Assembly (NCBI GenBank): GCA_951406725.2
Contig: OX597821.1
Coordinates: 77,810,001 to 77,874,000, forward strand
From: Octopus vulgaris
Lineage: Eukaryota
Length of the DNA: 64,000 nucleotides
Reading direction: 5' to 3'
Shown here: positions 11,237 to 25,590 of the stretch, in pieces
Position numbering within the stretch: the stretch's first letter is position 1
Layout: the number at the start of each line of letters is the position of its first letter
Position numbers and translations under genes: made by a program
The notes under the pieces: generated by a model
What the model saw: the letters and a program-made list of their open reading frames with translations, nothing else
What the model was told of the DNA's origin: nothing
Database searches by the model: none

Positions 11237-11382
11237 TTATATACGATGGCTTCCTCACAGTTTCCGTCTACCACATTCATTCATAAGGGATTGTTATACT
11301 CGGGACTGCTGCGCAGTAAGACTGAACTCGCATCAACATCATTACAAAGCGAGGTTCTTAACCACACTGCCCCTCCTGCGCC
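10795..11382 (-). mobile_element. SINE family A with expanded internal (CA)-rich tract
   Basis: CAGTCATTTGACTGTGACCATGCTGCAGCACCGCC..GAACCGCTAAG..; internal microsatellite about 10965-11235. Confidence 0.8.
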
Positions 11383-11532
11383 CATCACCTGCCTTATATT
11401 ACAATTATCCGCCTCGGCCGCTTAAAAAAAAAGGTATCATTGAAAGCAAAGGCGGGGAAATGTGTTCAAAGATCATCCATCTGTCAGATTGTGTCATCTC
11501 ATTTTGTAGAGAGACGGCAGAGTATGACTGCA

Positions 11533-12140
11533 AAGGCGGCGAGCTGGCAGAATCGTTAGCACGCCGGACGAAATGCTTAGCGGTATTTCGTCTGCCGTTA
11601 CGTTCTGAGTTCTAATTCCGCCGAGGTCGACTTTGCCTTTCATCCTTTCGGGGTCTATTAAATAAGTACCAGTTACGCACTGGGACGATGTAATCGACTT
11701 AATCCGTTTGTCTGTCCTTGTTTGTCTTCTCTGTGTTTAGCCCCTTGTGGGTAGTAAAGAAATAGGTATTTCGTCAACTACTACGTTCTGAGTTAAAATT
11801 CCGCCGAAGTCAACTTTGCCTTTCATCTTTTCGGGGTCGATAAATTAAGTACCAGTTACGCATTGGGGTTAATGTAATCGACTTAACCCCTTTGTTTGTC
11901 CCCTCTATGTTTATTGCCTTGTGGGCAATTAAGAAATAAGAAACGCTAGCACGCCGGGCGAAATGCTTAGCGGTATTTCGTCTATCTTTACGTTCTGAGT
12001 TCAAATTCCGCCGAAGTCGACTTTGCCTTTCATCCTTTCGGGGTCGATAAATTAAGTACTAGTCACGTATTGGGATCGATCTAATCGACTGGCCTCCTCC
12101 CCAAAACTTTCGGGCCTTGTGCTTAGAGTAGAAAAGAATA
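11533..12140 (+). mobile_element. SINE family B (Meta-domain-like), tandem trimer
   Basis: AAGGCGGCGAGCTGGCAGAATCGTTAG head; GCCTTTCATCCTTTCGGGGTCGATAAATTAAGTACCAG-like core three times. Confidence 0.85.
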
Positions 12141-12427
12141 ACTGAGTGCTATTTCTAGCATGTCGAGTAACCATATACAGGCTCCCACGTTTGTTTTTGA
12201 AAACGCCTCATGTCCGGCCATCTGTGCGATTGTGTTCGTCTCAGAGCTGCTGAGTCAGACACTGACGGCTCCGTTCTATATTTAAAACGACTTTTCAGTC
12301 AATATATCGATTATTTCTATGAATATTTTGTGGGGGGGGGGGTAATTTTTTTTTTTTAATATAAAAAAAAATTGTCTTTCATTATTGAAATAAACTGAAA
12401 ACTGAAATAACAAGGACGACAGCAACA

Positions 12428-12467
<40 letters not shown>

Positions 12468-12482
12468 CAACAACAACAACAA

Positions 12483-12518
<36 letters not shown>

Positions 12519-12809
12519 AAACAACAACAACAACAGTGTGAAAGTAATTCCTTTGACTAAGATTGCATCCCCAAATGGTTACATTTTGCTCCCAAATTGG
12601 TTTCATTCAAGTCAGGAGATTCTGTTTGGTAGCAGTAGCTAGGAGTGTGTGGTGGGATGGGGGAGGGCGAGGTGGGCGATGCTTTTGTGAAGGGAGCACA
12701 CTTTGGGGGTTTGCTCAATCATATAAAATAGTATGATAATAGATGGGTAGATAATTGCATACATGTATGTGTGCGTGCGTGCATAAACGCAGCAGAAGCG
12801 AGTAAAAGA

Positions 12810-12845
<36 letters not shown>

Positions 12846-13145
12846 ATGTATGTGTATATATATATAGGTAAACAGTAAAAATAATTACAGACATGGACAA
12901 GAACATGAAACGCCACAGAGACGACACAAGAACCACAGGACGGGACATTCGAAGCCCTCAGTCATCAGTCAAGAACCAGATCATCTTAGCAATTTCGGCT
13001 GATTAATCTTGAGATTGCTCCGATATGGGCAGCCCGCCAAGGGGAATCTAAGCCAAGTGCATTAGATCCCCTGGAAGAAAGCTTCGAATGTATACAACAC
13101 GAGGACGGAAAACGAACGGAGTACACGAACAGAGATACAGAATAC

Positions 13146-13275
<130 letters not shown>

Positions 13276-13452
13276 TAATAAAAAGTGTTCTGCAAAAGAA
13301 TTGCCTCACCGCATACCGAAGTTCAGAAATAGCAGCCAAAATCTTAGCCATTTCTTCTACTTTAAAAAGGGTCTTCCAGAGAACCCAAAATACTTGAAGT
13401 TTAATCACACAGGCAGAGAGTAAAGCAAACGAAAATCAATCAATATCCGATC

Positions 13453-13541
13453 ATCCATAGACGCGCGTTTCTGAATTAGGTTTTTACATAAAGAATATTA
13501 AAAAATATACTTTACTAACCATATTCTTCAACAGTATGGAT
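13453..13541 (-). ncRNA. type I hammerhead motif in a PLE pLTR-like fragment (about 13400-13877)
   Basis: AUCCAUA CUGUUGA ..long stem/loop II.. GAAAC GCGC GUC UAUGGAU. Perfect 7-bp stem I, palindromic loop III, A6U change. Confidence 0.75.
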
Positions 13542-13874
13542 TTTCTGTTATAATTCGGAGGTACTAGAACATCTGAACGAATTATTTCATATAACGGTGT
13601 TAGGCCGTTCGCATTCGATGTTAGTACCACTAGATTCAAAATACGAATGAGAACCGCTCAGCTTCCCTCGCCCTTCCACGTGTGTCTCCAAGTAAAATGC
13701 TACATATTCTGAGGGAGAAAGTTCTATTATCAATAATAACAATTCTTATGCTGAACCCTTTTTATTAGTATTACTAAAATTTACCGTGTTAGCGGTCCTG
13801 TTTTCATACCGAATTCTACTTGGTGAAATTTATTGATTACTTCTTAATTAATTAATTTTACCCTTTGTTATTAT

Positions 13875-13933
<59 letters not shown>

Positions 13934-13967
13934 CATACAAACATACATACATACATACATACATACA

Positions 13968-14001
<34 letters not shown>

Positions 14002-14147
14002 AATGTAAGCTAAAAAACAACTCCCAAAAATGACAACCGATCTAAATTTCTTATTTCTCTTGTATAATCTAGCCTGCAATTTTGTCGCAAAAAATAGAGA
14101 TGATAGATACGACGGAAGCGAATGTGTGTTTGTTCTAGTTTTACACA

Positions 14148-14545
14148 TCTTTATATATAAAAGTGAGGTTGTGTGTCTGTCTCCTACGATTTAGATTCCT
14201 AACTACTCCCACATTTTGCAGTGCAGTTTAACCAAAAGCGGGTATCTTATAGTCGTGATTCATATCGAGCCCTTCTGGGTATTAGCGCGTGTCTACGATG
14301 AGTCTACGATTAAAAAAAAAATTTACCATCATTTTTTTCCATTTTAATGTATGTTTTTCGCTATTATATAAGGGAAGTAACTCTCTAAAAATGTCTACGA
14401 TGAGTCAACGATTTAAAAAAAAATTTACCATAATTTTTTTCCCATTTTTAATGCATTTTTTGCTATTTTTTGGCTATAACTCTCTAAAAATGCTTATATA
14501 GTTATTTCCCTTACAAACCCGAGCAACGCCGGGCGATACTGCTAG
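14148..14545 (+). mobile_element. non-autonomous Helitron
   Basis: A|TC 5' end (TCTTTATATATAAAAG), subterminal hairpin CCCGAGCAACGCCGGG at 14518-14533, CTAG|T 3' end, internal direct repeats at 14290 and 14392. Confidence 0.85.
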
Positions 14546-15789
14546 TTTAAAATAAATCAGCTTAAAAAAGGCTCCCTCCCCGCCGCCAGAAAACAAACAA
14601 ACAAACAAACAATGATTGCTGATGGTAATCAGTCAAATTAATGAGTAATATTTTGTTTAGCAGAGAAAAGCGTGGGACAGTGACGTTTAAATAAAATTAG
14701 TATTGAGCCCACAGCAATTTTGAAGCGAGGGATCAGTTGCTATTATCGACCCAGCAGTATATCTGGTGGTGATGGTGATGCATAATGGGATGCATAATGC
14801 CTCGAGTGGCATTCTTGGGACTCCTGTATAAGCCCGTATTTTTGTGGGACCCCTGGGAATAGCAAACACTCTACGCCTTTGTAGTGACTCTTGACCTTGA
14901 TTGGTTCTTTGGTGTAGTTGACGAGTACTCTGATATAGGTTAAGGAAGATTTGGCTGCTATTTCTAAAGGTTTTGTGTTTGCTGTTCTCCTTGGGGGTAA
15001 AGTCATGCTATCGAAGCTTCGATTGGATAAAAATACCTAATTTTAAATGTCTGTAACTTCTTTATTATTAATTCCTTGAAAATGTGAATGCGATTTTCAT
15101 CATCAGAAGAACATTTAAAAAAAAATGTAATCTGGTGAAAGTTGGAAAAACTTCAAGTGTCTGGAAGAAATTTAAGATCTTAACGAAGGGATGAAAAGTA
15201 AAACAGGGATTCGAACATAGTCAGAAGTAGTCATGGAACCAATACTGCGAGGCAATTTGTTCGACGCGCTAACGAGTCGGGCAGTAAAAGAGAGAAATAG
15301 AATTAGTACCAGATTAAAAAAAACTAAGTACTATGGTCGATTTGTTCCACAAAACCCATCGAAGCGGCGCCCCAGTATGGCAGTAGTTCAATGAATGAAA
15401 CAAAATAAGATATAAAACATAAAATGCGGTTAAAGTACAGCATATATAGGGAAAGAATTGTCGAGTTTACGTCTCATAGTTTGCATGCACAAGTAAATTC
15501 TAAATACATAAATACATTTAAAAAATCTCCCATTAAAATTTATATTTTTATGTGAGTAAAAAATGACTCACTTGATAAAAGAATTATCTCCCTTGACCTG
15601 TTTAATGTGTTTCAGAACTACATTGGCGATGGCGTGGCTGTGTGGGTAAGACGTTTGCCTCCCAGCCACTTAGTTCCGTGTTCAGTCCCACTGTATTGCA
15701 CTTTGTGGAAGTGTATTCTACTATCGCATCGACAAATCAAAGCCTTGTGAGTGGATTTGGTTGACAGAAACTGAAAAATCCCATCCTAT

Positions 15790-15879
<90 letters not shown>

Positions 15880-15947
15880 ACACACACATATATATATATC
15901 ATTATTTCTAATTCTCTCAAAAAGAGACTACGCCAGCAGTACTGGAC

Positions 15948-16300
<353 letters not shown>

Positions 16301-16363
16301 ATAAATTAACAGAATGAGATAAAAATCCAAAGCTGTGAAAGATTTCAGAACATTTATAAATAT

Positions 16364-16411
16364 GTCTTACAGCTGTTTCCGGGATATTTTATATATCCCT
16401 TCATCGGAGAC
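16364..16411 (-). ncRNA. type I hammerhead motif
   Basis: GUCU CCGAUGA A GGGAUAU..AUAUCCC G GAAAC AGCU GUA AGAC. All three stems pair; U4C variant. Confidence 0.75.
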
Positions 16412-16673
16412 GGTGTGAGAAAATGGTTAAGCAATAGTTATTCTAGAGAAGATATGAAATAGAGAGTGAAGTGGAGGAATGAAAACAGAAGTGAGATATG
16501 CAAGGATATTGTATCTGGGGTTCCATTATTTAGGCAGAATGGTATACATATAAGATTCCTGTACCTTGTGTGTAAGTTCCATTAGAACCTGGAGTTTAAC
16601 TATAGTCTGTCCATAGGACTAAACATTACCTGATACCTTTGAGTCTTCTTGACACCATTATCTCTCATAACCT

Positions 16674-16711
<38 letters not shown>

Positions 16712-17100
16712 GAAATATGTTACGAAAAGAAAATATAAAGTACACGTGGAAATGTAAGGGTAAAATATGAAAAATCAACGAAAATGCACCTTGCAAATAG
16801 AAAAAGGCTATTTATGACAGGTAACGACAAATATATACATTTAGATTGACTGAGGTAGTAATATGAGTCATAAAAGTCATTATTATGAGATGATTATAAG
16901 ATGATAATAAAGTAAGAGAACAAAACGAACCATGGTTTACGCAAAGCGATTAATCGTTTGAACAACACCGGTCAATACACGGTATCAGGTCTAATAGTTC
17001 CTGAGAAAAAAGATTATTTGTAAGGGAGGTAAGTAGTTCTGGATTTAGAGATGTGAGTGGCGTAGGAAGTGTATAGGGTTTAGTGGTTTCAATTGAAGAG

Positions 17101-17456
17101 TTAGTGGTGTTCTGTATTGAGTTGTGTGTTCATATTTAGTTGGGGGAGAAATTTATTGATAAAAAATGCCTCTTTATTCAACCTTTGTTGCATTGTGGTG
17201 TTCTGTGAATATTGATAAAAGGGAAATATTTGGAAATTAGGATTAAGATTCCTGGCACATCTTTCTATGTGTTCACTCACCTTTAACTCTGTATTGTGGG
17301 TGACGGATTTGCTCTTTGTGAATGGTGATTCTTTGCCGGAGCGAAATTCCTGTTTGTCCAATGTAGAGTTTACCACATCCTATGCATGTCATGACATAGA
17401 TTACATTTGCTGAGGCGCAGGTGAAATTTGATTTGATCTTAAATATTTCTCCTTGT

Positions 17457-17459
<3 letters not shown>
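17101..17459 (-). mobile_element. Penelope-like element, GIY-YIG endonuclease C-terminal fragment (frameshifted)
   Basis: NFTCASANVIYVMTCIGCGKLYIGQTGISLRQRITIHKEQI, then VSEHIERC..RLNKEAFFINKFLPQLN; truncated by (TA)n. Confidence 0.9.
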
Positions 17460-17551
<92 letters not shown>

Positions 17552-17610
17552 AGTACCGTTGGCGATTTTTTTCCTCTGTCTTCCCTTCTCTGGATCTTTC
17601 CTTCTCCTAT

Positions 17611-17645
17611 GTTTCCGACGAAGAGCTCCGCACGAAACGTTAAAT
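17611..17645 (+). ncRNA. minimal hammerhead motif in PLE pLTR fragment (17553-17745)
   Basis: GUUU CCGACGA A GAGC UCC GCAC GAAAC GUU AAAU. Confidence 0.6.
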
Positions 17646-18577
17646 CCTCCTTCTTTCCTTCTTTCCTGAGCGTCCAATAATACTATATTTGTTTCACGTC
17701 CTCGAGTTGTGTTTTTTTGTGCTTTCTTGTTTGGATTAACTTTATATATATATATATATATATGTATAGATAGATAGATAGATAGATAGATACACACACA
17801 CACACACTTCATTCATACCAACAACCTACAATTTATATACAAGTAGAATAGTTAGTGCGCTATTATGTAGATGTGTGTATATGTGTGTATGTATACGTAT
17901 ATGTATATACACATGTATGTAGGCAAATGGATACGAATGTAAACAGATAGACATACAGACATAGTACATAGTCGCAAAAACCCATGCACAGACACACTCA
18001 GACATGCACACACAAGGAGACAGAGGTTTTCACACAGATGCAAACACACACGCACACACACACGTAGACACACACACACGTAGACACACACACACGTAGA
18101 CACACACACACGTAGACACACACACACGTAGACACACACACACAAATACACAAACACGAACATAAACATACACACATACATATATACATACGCATGCACA
18201 CATTTAGATACATACATACATGCATACATACACACACACACACATACATACATACATACATACATACATACATACATACATTCACACATACATATATACA
18301 TACATATACACACACACATACATACATACATACATACATACATACATACATACATACATACATACATACATACATACATGTGTATGCGCGCGCACACACT
18401 CTGACCCACACACATGCGCACAAACAAACAAAAATAACGCAGCTCGGATAACGGTCAGAGTCAATGGCTATTGAAAAGGTTGCAAGACGCAACGAAAATT
18501 TTAGTGGAAATCGAACCGGTGAATCTGTTAAATAATAAGGCACTAAATGAGAATGACTTACCCCAGACACAACAATA

Positions 18578-19001
18578 ACGTAAATCCTCGAGTATAATCC
18601 GCATTGTTTTCCCCAAAATTTAAAGGCCAAATTCCCTAGTGCGTACTATACACGAGGTTAAAAATGAAAATTATTTTCTAAGCCATGTCCGAGTCTCTAT
18701 TTGCTGTCCGGCAATGTTTATACAGACGCATTTTGTGATGTCAGGCGCGAAAATGTCTTAAATCATCCATAACTTGCAGTTAGCAACACTTATTAAACGT
18801 TATAACTGTTATTTCTTTATTTTCTGCAAACAAAATGCTAAAAAGAGCTACACTTTTGCATTATGTTATATATAGAATAATAATAAAGGACGTTAGCGTA
18901 TACATTTTTACAAACGAAGGACGTTATATAGATCTCCTTGACTCAAGTTACACAAGGGGTGCATATTATACTCAAGGGCGGACTATACTCGAGGATTTAC
19001 G

Positions 19002-19002
<1 letters not shown>
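18578..19002. mobile_element. pogo/Tc2-type MITE
   Basis: Perfect 19-bp TIR ACGTAAATCCTCGAGTATA / TATACTCGAGGATTTACGT, TA on both sides. Confidence 0.9.
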
Positions 19003-19049
<47 letters not shown>

Positions 19050-19220
19050 ATATATAAACATTTAATATGGTTTTAGAGTCAAGTTTTGGCTGCTATTTCC
19101 AACGTGCTGGTATCTCTTAGATATCCTAAATTATAATTTTAAAAAGAATTATTAACTTTGAAGGCTTTTATTCCCATGCTGGTCACTTGATAAGATCAAT
19201 ATTTAAATTAAAGATATTAT

Positions 19221-19283
<63 letters not shown>

Positions 19284-19586
19284 TATATATATATATATAT
19301 AGAGATATAGAGAGAGATATATATATCACCGTGATCACCGTGACCGACCAGGCTATCAGATGTTGCTACACATCGCTGGTCACAATGCGCTTCGCATTGT
19401 TTTAGCCTTCAAATGACGCGACCCCGCTGGCTAAGCGAGCAATCCAACAGAAGAAAGAGTGAGAGAAAGTTGTGGCGAAAGAGTACAGCAGGGTTCGCCA
19501 CCAGAAAGAGATACAAAGAGAGAGACAGAGAGACAGAGACAGACTGACAGAGAAAGAGAGAGACAGAAACGGACAGACATACAGAG

Positions 19587-19629
<43 letters not shown>

Positions 19630-20075
19630 GGAGGGAGGGAGGCACAGGAGAGGTCGCGTTTCAGGTTAAAATAGAAAGGTGTTTTATTTATTTTGTATTT
19701 GTGTTTCTGAAAGGAAAGGGAGGATACTGAAGAGTTTTATGAGATGTCGTCGTAGAAACGTGACGTTGGTGACAGAAAGTTGATGTACGGTGGGTGTAAT
19801 GAGCGAATGGAAAGCGATATGCGGATAGCGAGTTACACCTCAGGCAATAAAGAAGTTACCAGAGAAATTAGGGAAGGACGAGGAAGAAGGGGAAGCAGAG
19901 GGAGGAGGTGGAGGAGAGGGGAAGAAATATAGAAAGAAAGGGAGAAAGAATTACGCAGAGAAAGAGGTAGAAAAATATAGGAGAATATAACCATACACAT
20001 GAATAAACACATTTATATATATATATATACATTCGCGCGTGCACACACACAGGCACGTAAAAAGGCATATATATA

Positions 20076-20108
<33 letters not shown>

Positions 20109-20119
20109 ATAAGACATTT

Positions 20120-20664
20120 ATTGGATGGCTGTTGACTCTGAAGAGTTCCTCCGCCCTTTGACGGGTTTTGTTTTTCATCCCGCAGGGTGTCCAATAAACA
20201 CTCTCCTCACCAAGCAAGCTTGGTGGGGTTGCCTGTTTAGTCGCCGACGACCCGACCACGCAACAGGTTGTACTGGGTTACCAGTAGCACTCGAAAGTGA
20301 CCTGACATAAATGTCTTAAGGCTGTATTATGCGCAGGGACATAGAAATACTCGGACTGAATACCCGATTGCGCGGTTAATCCATTGGGAGTGAAGGACTC
20401 CTAGCCTTTGTTAGGGCATCCTTCTTGGAGAAGGTAACTCAGGTAACTGGGATAACTCCGGTATAAAACCTGCGGCTCAGTGGTTACTGATGATGTTGAC
20501 TTGTTCTTCTTTTCGGATTAAGGCTGCTGTTGCTTAGTGAGTGGGATTGACTCAGTGCACAGCCTTTCCTCACTTAAAAAAAAATGTCTTGCACAGGCAT
20601 TGCAGGATAACAACATTGATTAAGCTTCGTGCAATGGCCATACTCGATAACGAGGGGGCAGCCA

Positions 20665-20665
<1 letters not shown>
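20120..20665 (+). mobile_element. dispersed repeat, possibly derived from an RTE LINE 5' region
   Basis: GC-richer block; homologous fragment at 32525-32645 (GCAACAGGTTGTAC..GGxTTACCAGTA). Family assignment from memory only. Confidence 0.4.
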
Positions 20666-20730
<65 letters not shown>

Positions 20731-21044
20731 TATTTAGTTAGCTATGGCCTAGGCCAATGTGGACAAAACCTATCTAAGTATCTTAGTATATATACATATG
20801 TATACATGCATATATATATATAATTCAAACATATAAGGGATGGCCATAATAGGACAACTATTAGTAGTTTGGAATTTAACTGCTCTTTCTAGTGAGTCGG
20901 ACGTCCTATTATGGCCATCCTTTATATGTTTGAATGTATATTACATAGTCTATTGACTATTTTCTCTTTCACACTTGACCGCTGGTAGCGGAGAATTTTT
21001 TGCTACCCTAAAATTTATTAATTAATGATATATATATACATATG

Positions 21045-21146
<102 letters not shown>

Positions 21147-21154
21147 CACACACA

Positions 21155-21262
21155 GTGTCATCCAACAACATCGGAGATCTTAGAGTAATTGTTGATAACA
21201 ATCTAAGCTGGAGTTCCCACGTAAAAAGTAAGGTTGACTTGACCCGTAAGATGTGCTCCTTA
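21155..21262 (+). mobile_element. CR1/L2-type LINE fragment
   Basis: [21 protein letters not shown] resembles the KDLGVxxDxxLxW motif after RT. Confidence 0.6.
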
Positions 21263-21264
21263 GA

Positions 21265-22385
21265 TACTCAGCAGCTTTTGTGGATTGGGCAAAAACTGAA
21301 TTAACAAAGCTAGACAGAAGAATTAGGAAGGAATTCAATATGAATGGAAGACTCCACCCAAGGGTATGAGTAGCAAGATTATACCTACCTACAAAGGAAA
21401 GTGGAAGAGGGGTAATATCAGTAGTAGACTGCGTGAAGTTAGCTAGAGTAGATATAGACTCCTATGTAGGTAATAGCGGAGAAAGTTTATTAAAAGCTGC
21501 TAGAGTCAAAGCAAGACATAAGGAAACCAAAAACCCAAACGAAGTTAAAAAACAGATTAAAGAAAAAAGTTATCTGACTAATAGAAGGAGGTATGGTAGA
21601 TTCCCAAAGATAATTGCAGAAAATAGTTGTAGTGAGACATGGTTATGAAAGGAAGGTTGAAAAAGGGAGACAGTAAGTTTGTTAATAGCAGCACAAGATC
21701 AGGCACTGAGGACTAATTGGATAAAAGCAAGATAGACAAAAACCAAGTAGATTCCTGAAAATCAAAAGGAGAAAGCGTTACTCGTATAGTAAGTGAATGT
21801 GACATGCTGGCACAGAAAGAATACAAGAAAAGACATGAAAATCTAGAGAGAGTAATCCACCAGGAGTGATGTAGAAAGCTAGGATTTGAACATACTGATA
21901 AATGGTATGAACATGAACTTAGTAAAGTATTAGAAAGTAAGAAATATAAGATGTTGTGAGACTTAAACATTCATACTGACAGAGTAAAAGAAGCTAGAAT
22001 GCCTGATTTACTTGTGGTAGATAAAGAGATTAGAAAGTGTTAGATAATTGACTTTACAGTCCCAAATGATGAAAAGGTCAATATGAAGGGTAGAGAAAAA
22101 ATAGCAAAGTACCAGGACCTAACCATTGAATTACAGAGACTATGGAAATTGCGTGTATAATGTATCCCAGTAGTTATAACTGGATTGGGATCTATCCCTA
22201 AAGATTTGAACAGATGAATAGAGGAAATAAGCATAAAAATTATTTAGTACAGGTGTAGAAAACAGTGTTAAAAGGGGCAGCAGGGATATTTAGGAGGGTT
22301 CTTGGCACCTAAGGTTACTTGTAGCATGATGCCAGGATTTTTTCTTTTCCAACAGTCTAATCTGTTGTGTATTCATGAGAATAAT
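21265..22385 (+). mobile_element. R4/Dong-like RLE LINE, degenerate 3' 1.1 kb
   Basis: ARLYLPTKESGRG; LIAAQDQALRTN; IVSECDMLAQKEYKKRH; ARMPDL..IIDFTVP..KIAKYQDL; multiple stops. Confidence 0.85.
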
Positions 22386-22730
22386 ACGAGCACTCAGAGA
22401 GCGCAAGCCTCCGCAAAGGCAACACCAACGTCCTCTCAACGATTATCCACAAATGATTTTTAAAATGAGAATATCTGAAATAAACTCGACTGCTCTCACA
22501 AATGAGAATACAAAAATGAACCCGACAGCTCTAATAATTAAGTAAAAAAATCCCAGAAAAATAATCCAGAATCCTTGTCCGGTACTGGATTGATCCCAAA
22601 AATCTAATCAGTTTGTGCCAGTCACGAGGCCAAACATCCCTGAAAGTTTCAATCCTAATCCATCCAGCAGTGTTTGAGATATCTCATCCAAGGACAGACA
22701 AGCAAACACGACTGGAAAAAATAAACCTTT
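22386..22730 (+). mobile_element. Helentron/HINE-like non-autonomous element, 3'-truncated
   Basis: CGAGCACTCAGAGAGCGCAAGCCTCCGCAAAGG start, CCAAAAATCTAATCAG, GACAGACAAGCAAAC near the end. Family from recall. Confidence 0.5.
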
Positions 22731-22948
22731 CTACTATAGGCACAAGGCCTGAAATTTGGTGGGAGGAGACTAGTCGATTACATCGATCCTAGTGGTTCCC
22801 TGGTACTTAATTTATCGACCCGAAAGGATGAAAGGCAAAGTCGATCTTGGCGAAATTTTAATTCAGAACGTAGCAAGGGGCGAAACACCGCTGAACATTT
22901 CGTCCAGCGTGTTAACGGTTCTTTCAGCGCGCCGCCTTAATAATAATG

Positions 22949-23004
<56 letters not shown>

Positions 23005-23067
23005 TTCTTTTATTGTTTTTTTTTGCCACAAGGACCCAAACATGGAGGAAAATATCTAAGGAAGATA

Positions 23068-23486
<419 letters not shown>

Positions 23487-24052
23487 CAGGCTTCTTTCAG
23501 TTTCCGTCTACCAAATCCACTCACAAGGCTCCGGTCGGCCCGAGGCTATAGTAGAAGACACTTGCCCAAGGTGCCACGCAGTGGGCCTAAACCCGTAACA
23601 ATGTGGTTGGCAAGCAAGCTACTTACCATATATACATACCACGGGTTTCTTTCGGTTTCCGTTAACCAAATCCACTCACAGCTCGACACTTAGTAGGAGA
23701 AACTTGCTTAAGGTGTCACTCAGTGGGACCGAACTCTGAACATGGATATATAATTTTTAAATTTTTAATGCAAATCAATGTTTGAAACATTGATTTGTAT
23801 TTTTTTACATTTTTTAAACTTTTTCTTTTTTTCTGCTTTTTTTTTTTGTTAATAGAACCACATAACCACATTTTCTCATTGTACGACGCACTTTGAAATG
23901 TTCTAATTATTTACATACTTTCACTCTTGGGCAACTGTATCTTTTCAGGAGCTGGTCTGCCTTTTTTTCGTGTACTCCTCCTCCTCCTCCTCCTCCTCAT
24001 CATCATCATCATCATCATCATCGTTATTGTTATTGTTATTGTTATTATTATT

Positions 24053-24159
<107 letters not shown>

Positions 24160-24523
24160 TCGAATGTATATATTGTACCAAAGACAGCTAAGAAAAAAAT
24201 TCTTAAGTGACTCGCTTTTACTATTTGAACTCTGTTACATTTTGAAATGAAATATGTCTCTAAAATTTTTACCTCACTCACCAGAGGAAAACCATGTAAG
24301 TGATAGACGTAAATAATCGATATGTCTGAAGTATTGGCGAACGAAAGTATCCAATACTAAGAGTATTGAAGGACAAAGGTGTTTAACAGCGAAAGTATTT
24401 TCCAGGCTATCGATTGCTTATGTCCACCTTCCCACACTCTCACTTTTCACTTTATAGCGAAAGGCAGCAGTTATTCTGTTTTTATGTCACCATATTTCAT
24501 GCACACATACACATACACACACA

Positions 24524-24584
<61 letters not shown>

Positions 24585-24946
24585 TGTCAATATCGTAGGT
24601 CTTAATATATTTTTCATTGTCGAATTTTTATATAATTTTATTTTACGAGCCACTTTTACAATGTCGTTGAATAAAACTGGGATATTAAAGATCTTTCTAG
24701 CAATATCTCTCCATAATATCCGACCAACGAATAATATCTCTGTCTTACAATTGTATCAATCGGCTAGTAACCGCCATATTGTTCAAAATCTTCTTCAAAC
24801 ATTCAAAATGGTAGATTAATGTGCAACTTTTCACGTCAGCAAATCAACTCAACAACCAACAAACTCAAGAGTAGCGACTCGTACCGAGTCAGGTATTCAT
24901 ATACATACATACATACATACATACATACATACATACATACATACAT

Positions 24947-25019
<73 letters not shown>

Positions 25020-25139
25020 ATATAAATAATATATAAATATATGCATATATACGTACATATATGTACATACCTACATATATATGTATATAAACATGCATAT
25101 ATGGGTACAGGACATCAAAAAGACGTAGACAAAATGAGT

Positions 25140-25590
25140 CCCTACGACTCGGAAACTTGGCACATGCGTTCCCTCCCTGGGAAAATCGTCGAAGACCTCG
25201 TGATCTTGACTACCATCTCTGCCTTGGTGTTGCAGTCAGAATGGTCGGTACCTTTCCAAACCGCGTCCATGGGATTGCAATCGAAGATATGAGGAAGCAA
25301 GAGAACGGAACTGGTGAAGTTGTAGAAATTCTCCGACAACCGCTTCTGACTCTTTCTAGAGAAATGGTAAAGATCTGAATTCTGTTGCCGCTCATATGAC
25401 CTTCCAGCAGCAACTCTCACCTGCCAGGGTTCGATTACAGTCTCAAGCAGCTTCAAAAAGCCGTCTGAATTGAGCCTAAGGTTTTTTTTAAAGGATTTGG
25501 AGCGGTGTGACGTTACCCAAACTTGAGACACACTCAAAGACATTCACTGTTTTGAGGAACTTTGTTCTCATGATACGTGGGACATCGCAT
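25140..25590 (-). mobile_element. Tc1/mariner DD37D (maT-like) transposase remnant
   Basis: LRLNSDGFLKLLETVIEPW..SYERQQNSDLYH..SQKRLSENFY..DCNPMD. Confidence 0.75.

Noticed and set aside
14743-15006. 87-aa ATG-started ORF with ordinary composition (and an MHHHHHQ run in another frame)
   Set aside because: It contains the dispersed repeat motif AGAAATAGCAGCCAAA also seen near 13325 and 19085. There is no recognisable domain or splice support; a small exon cannot be fully excluded.
17273-17812. 179-aa GIY-YIG ORF as an intact protein
   Set aside because: The N-terminal two-thirds is microsatellite plus the antisense of another repeat, and the nuclease part is frameshifted.
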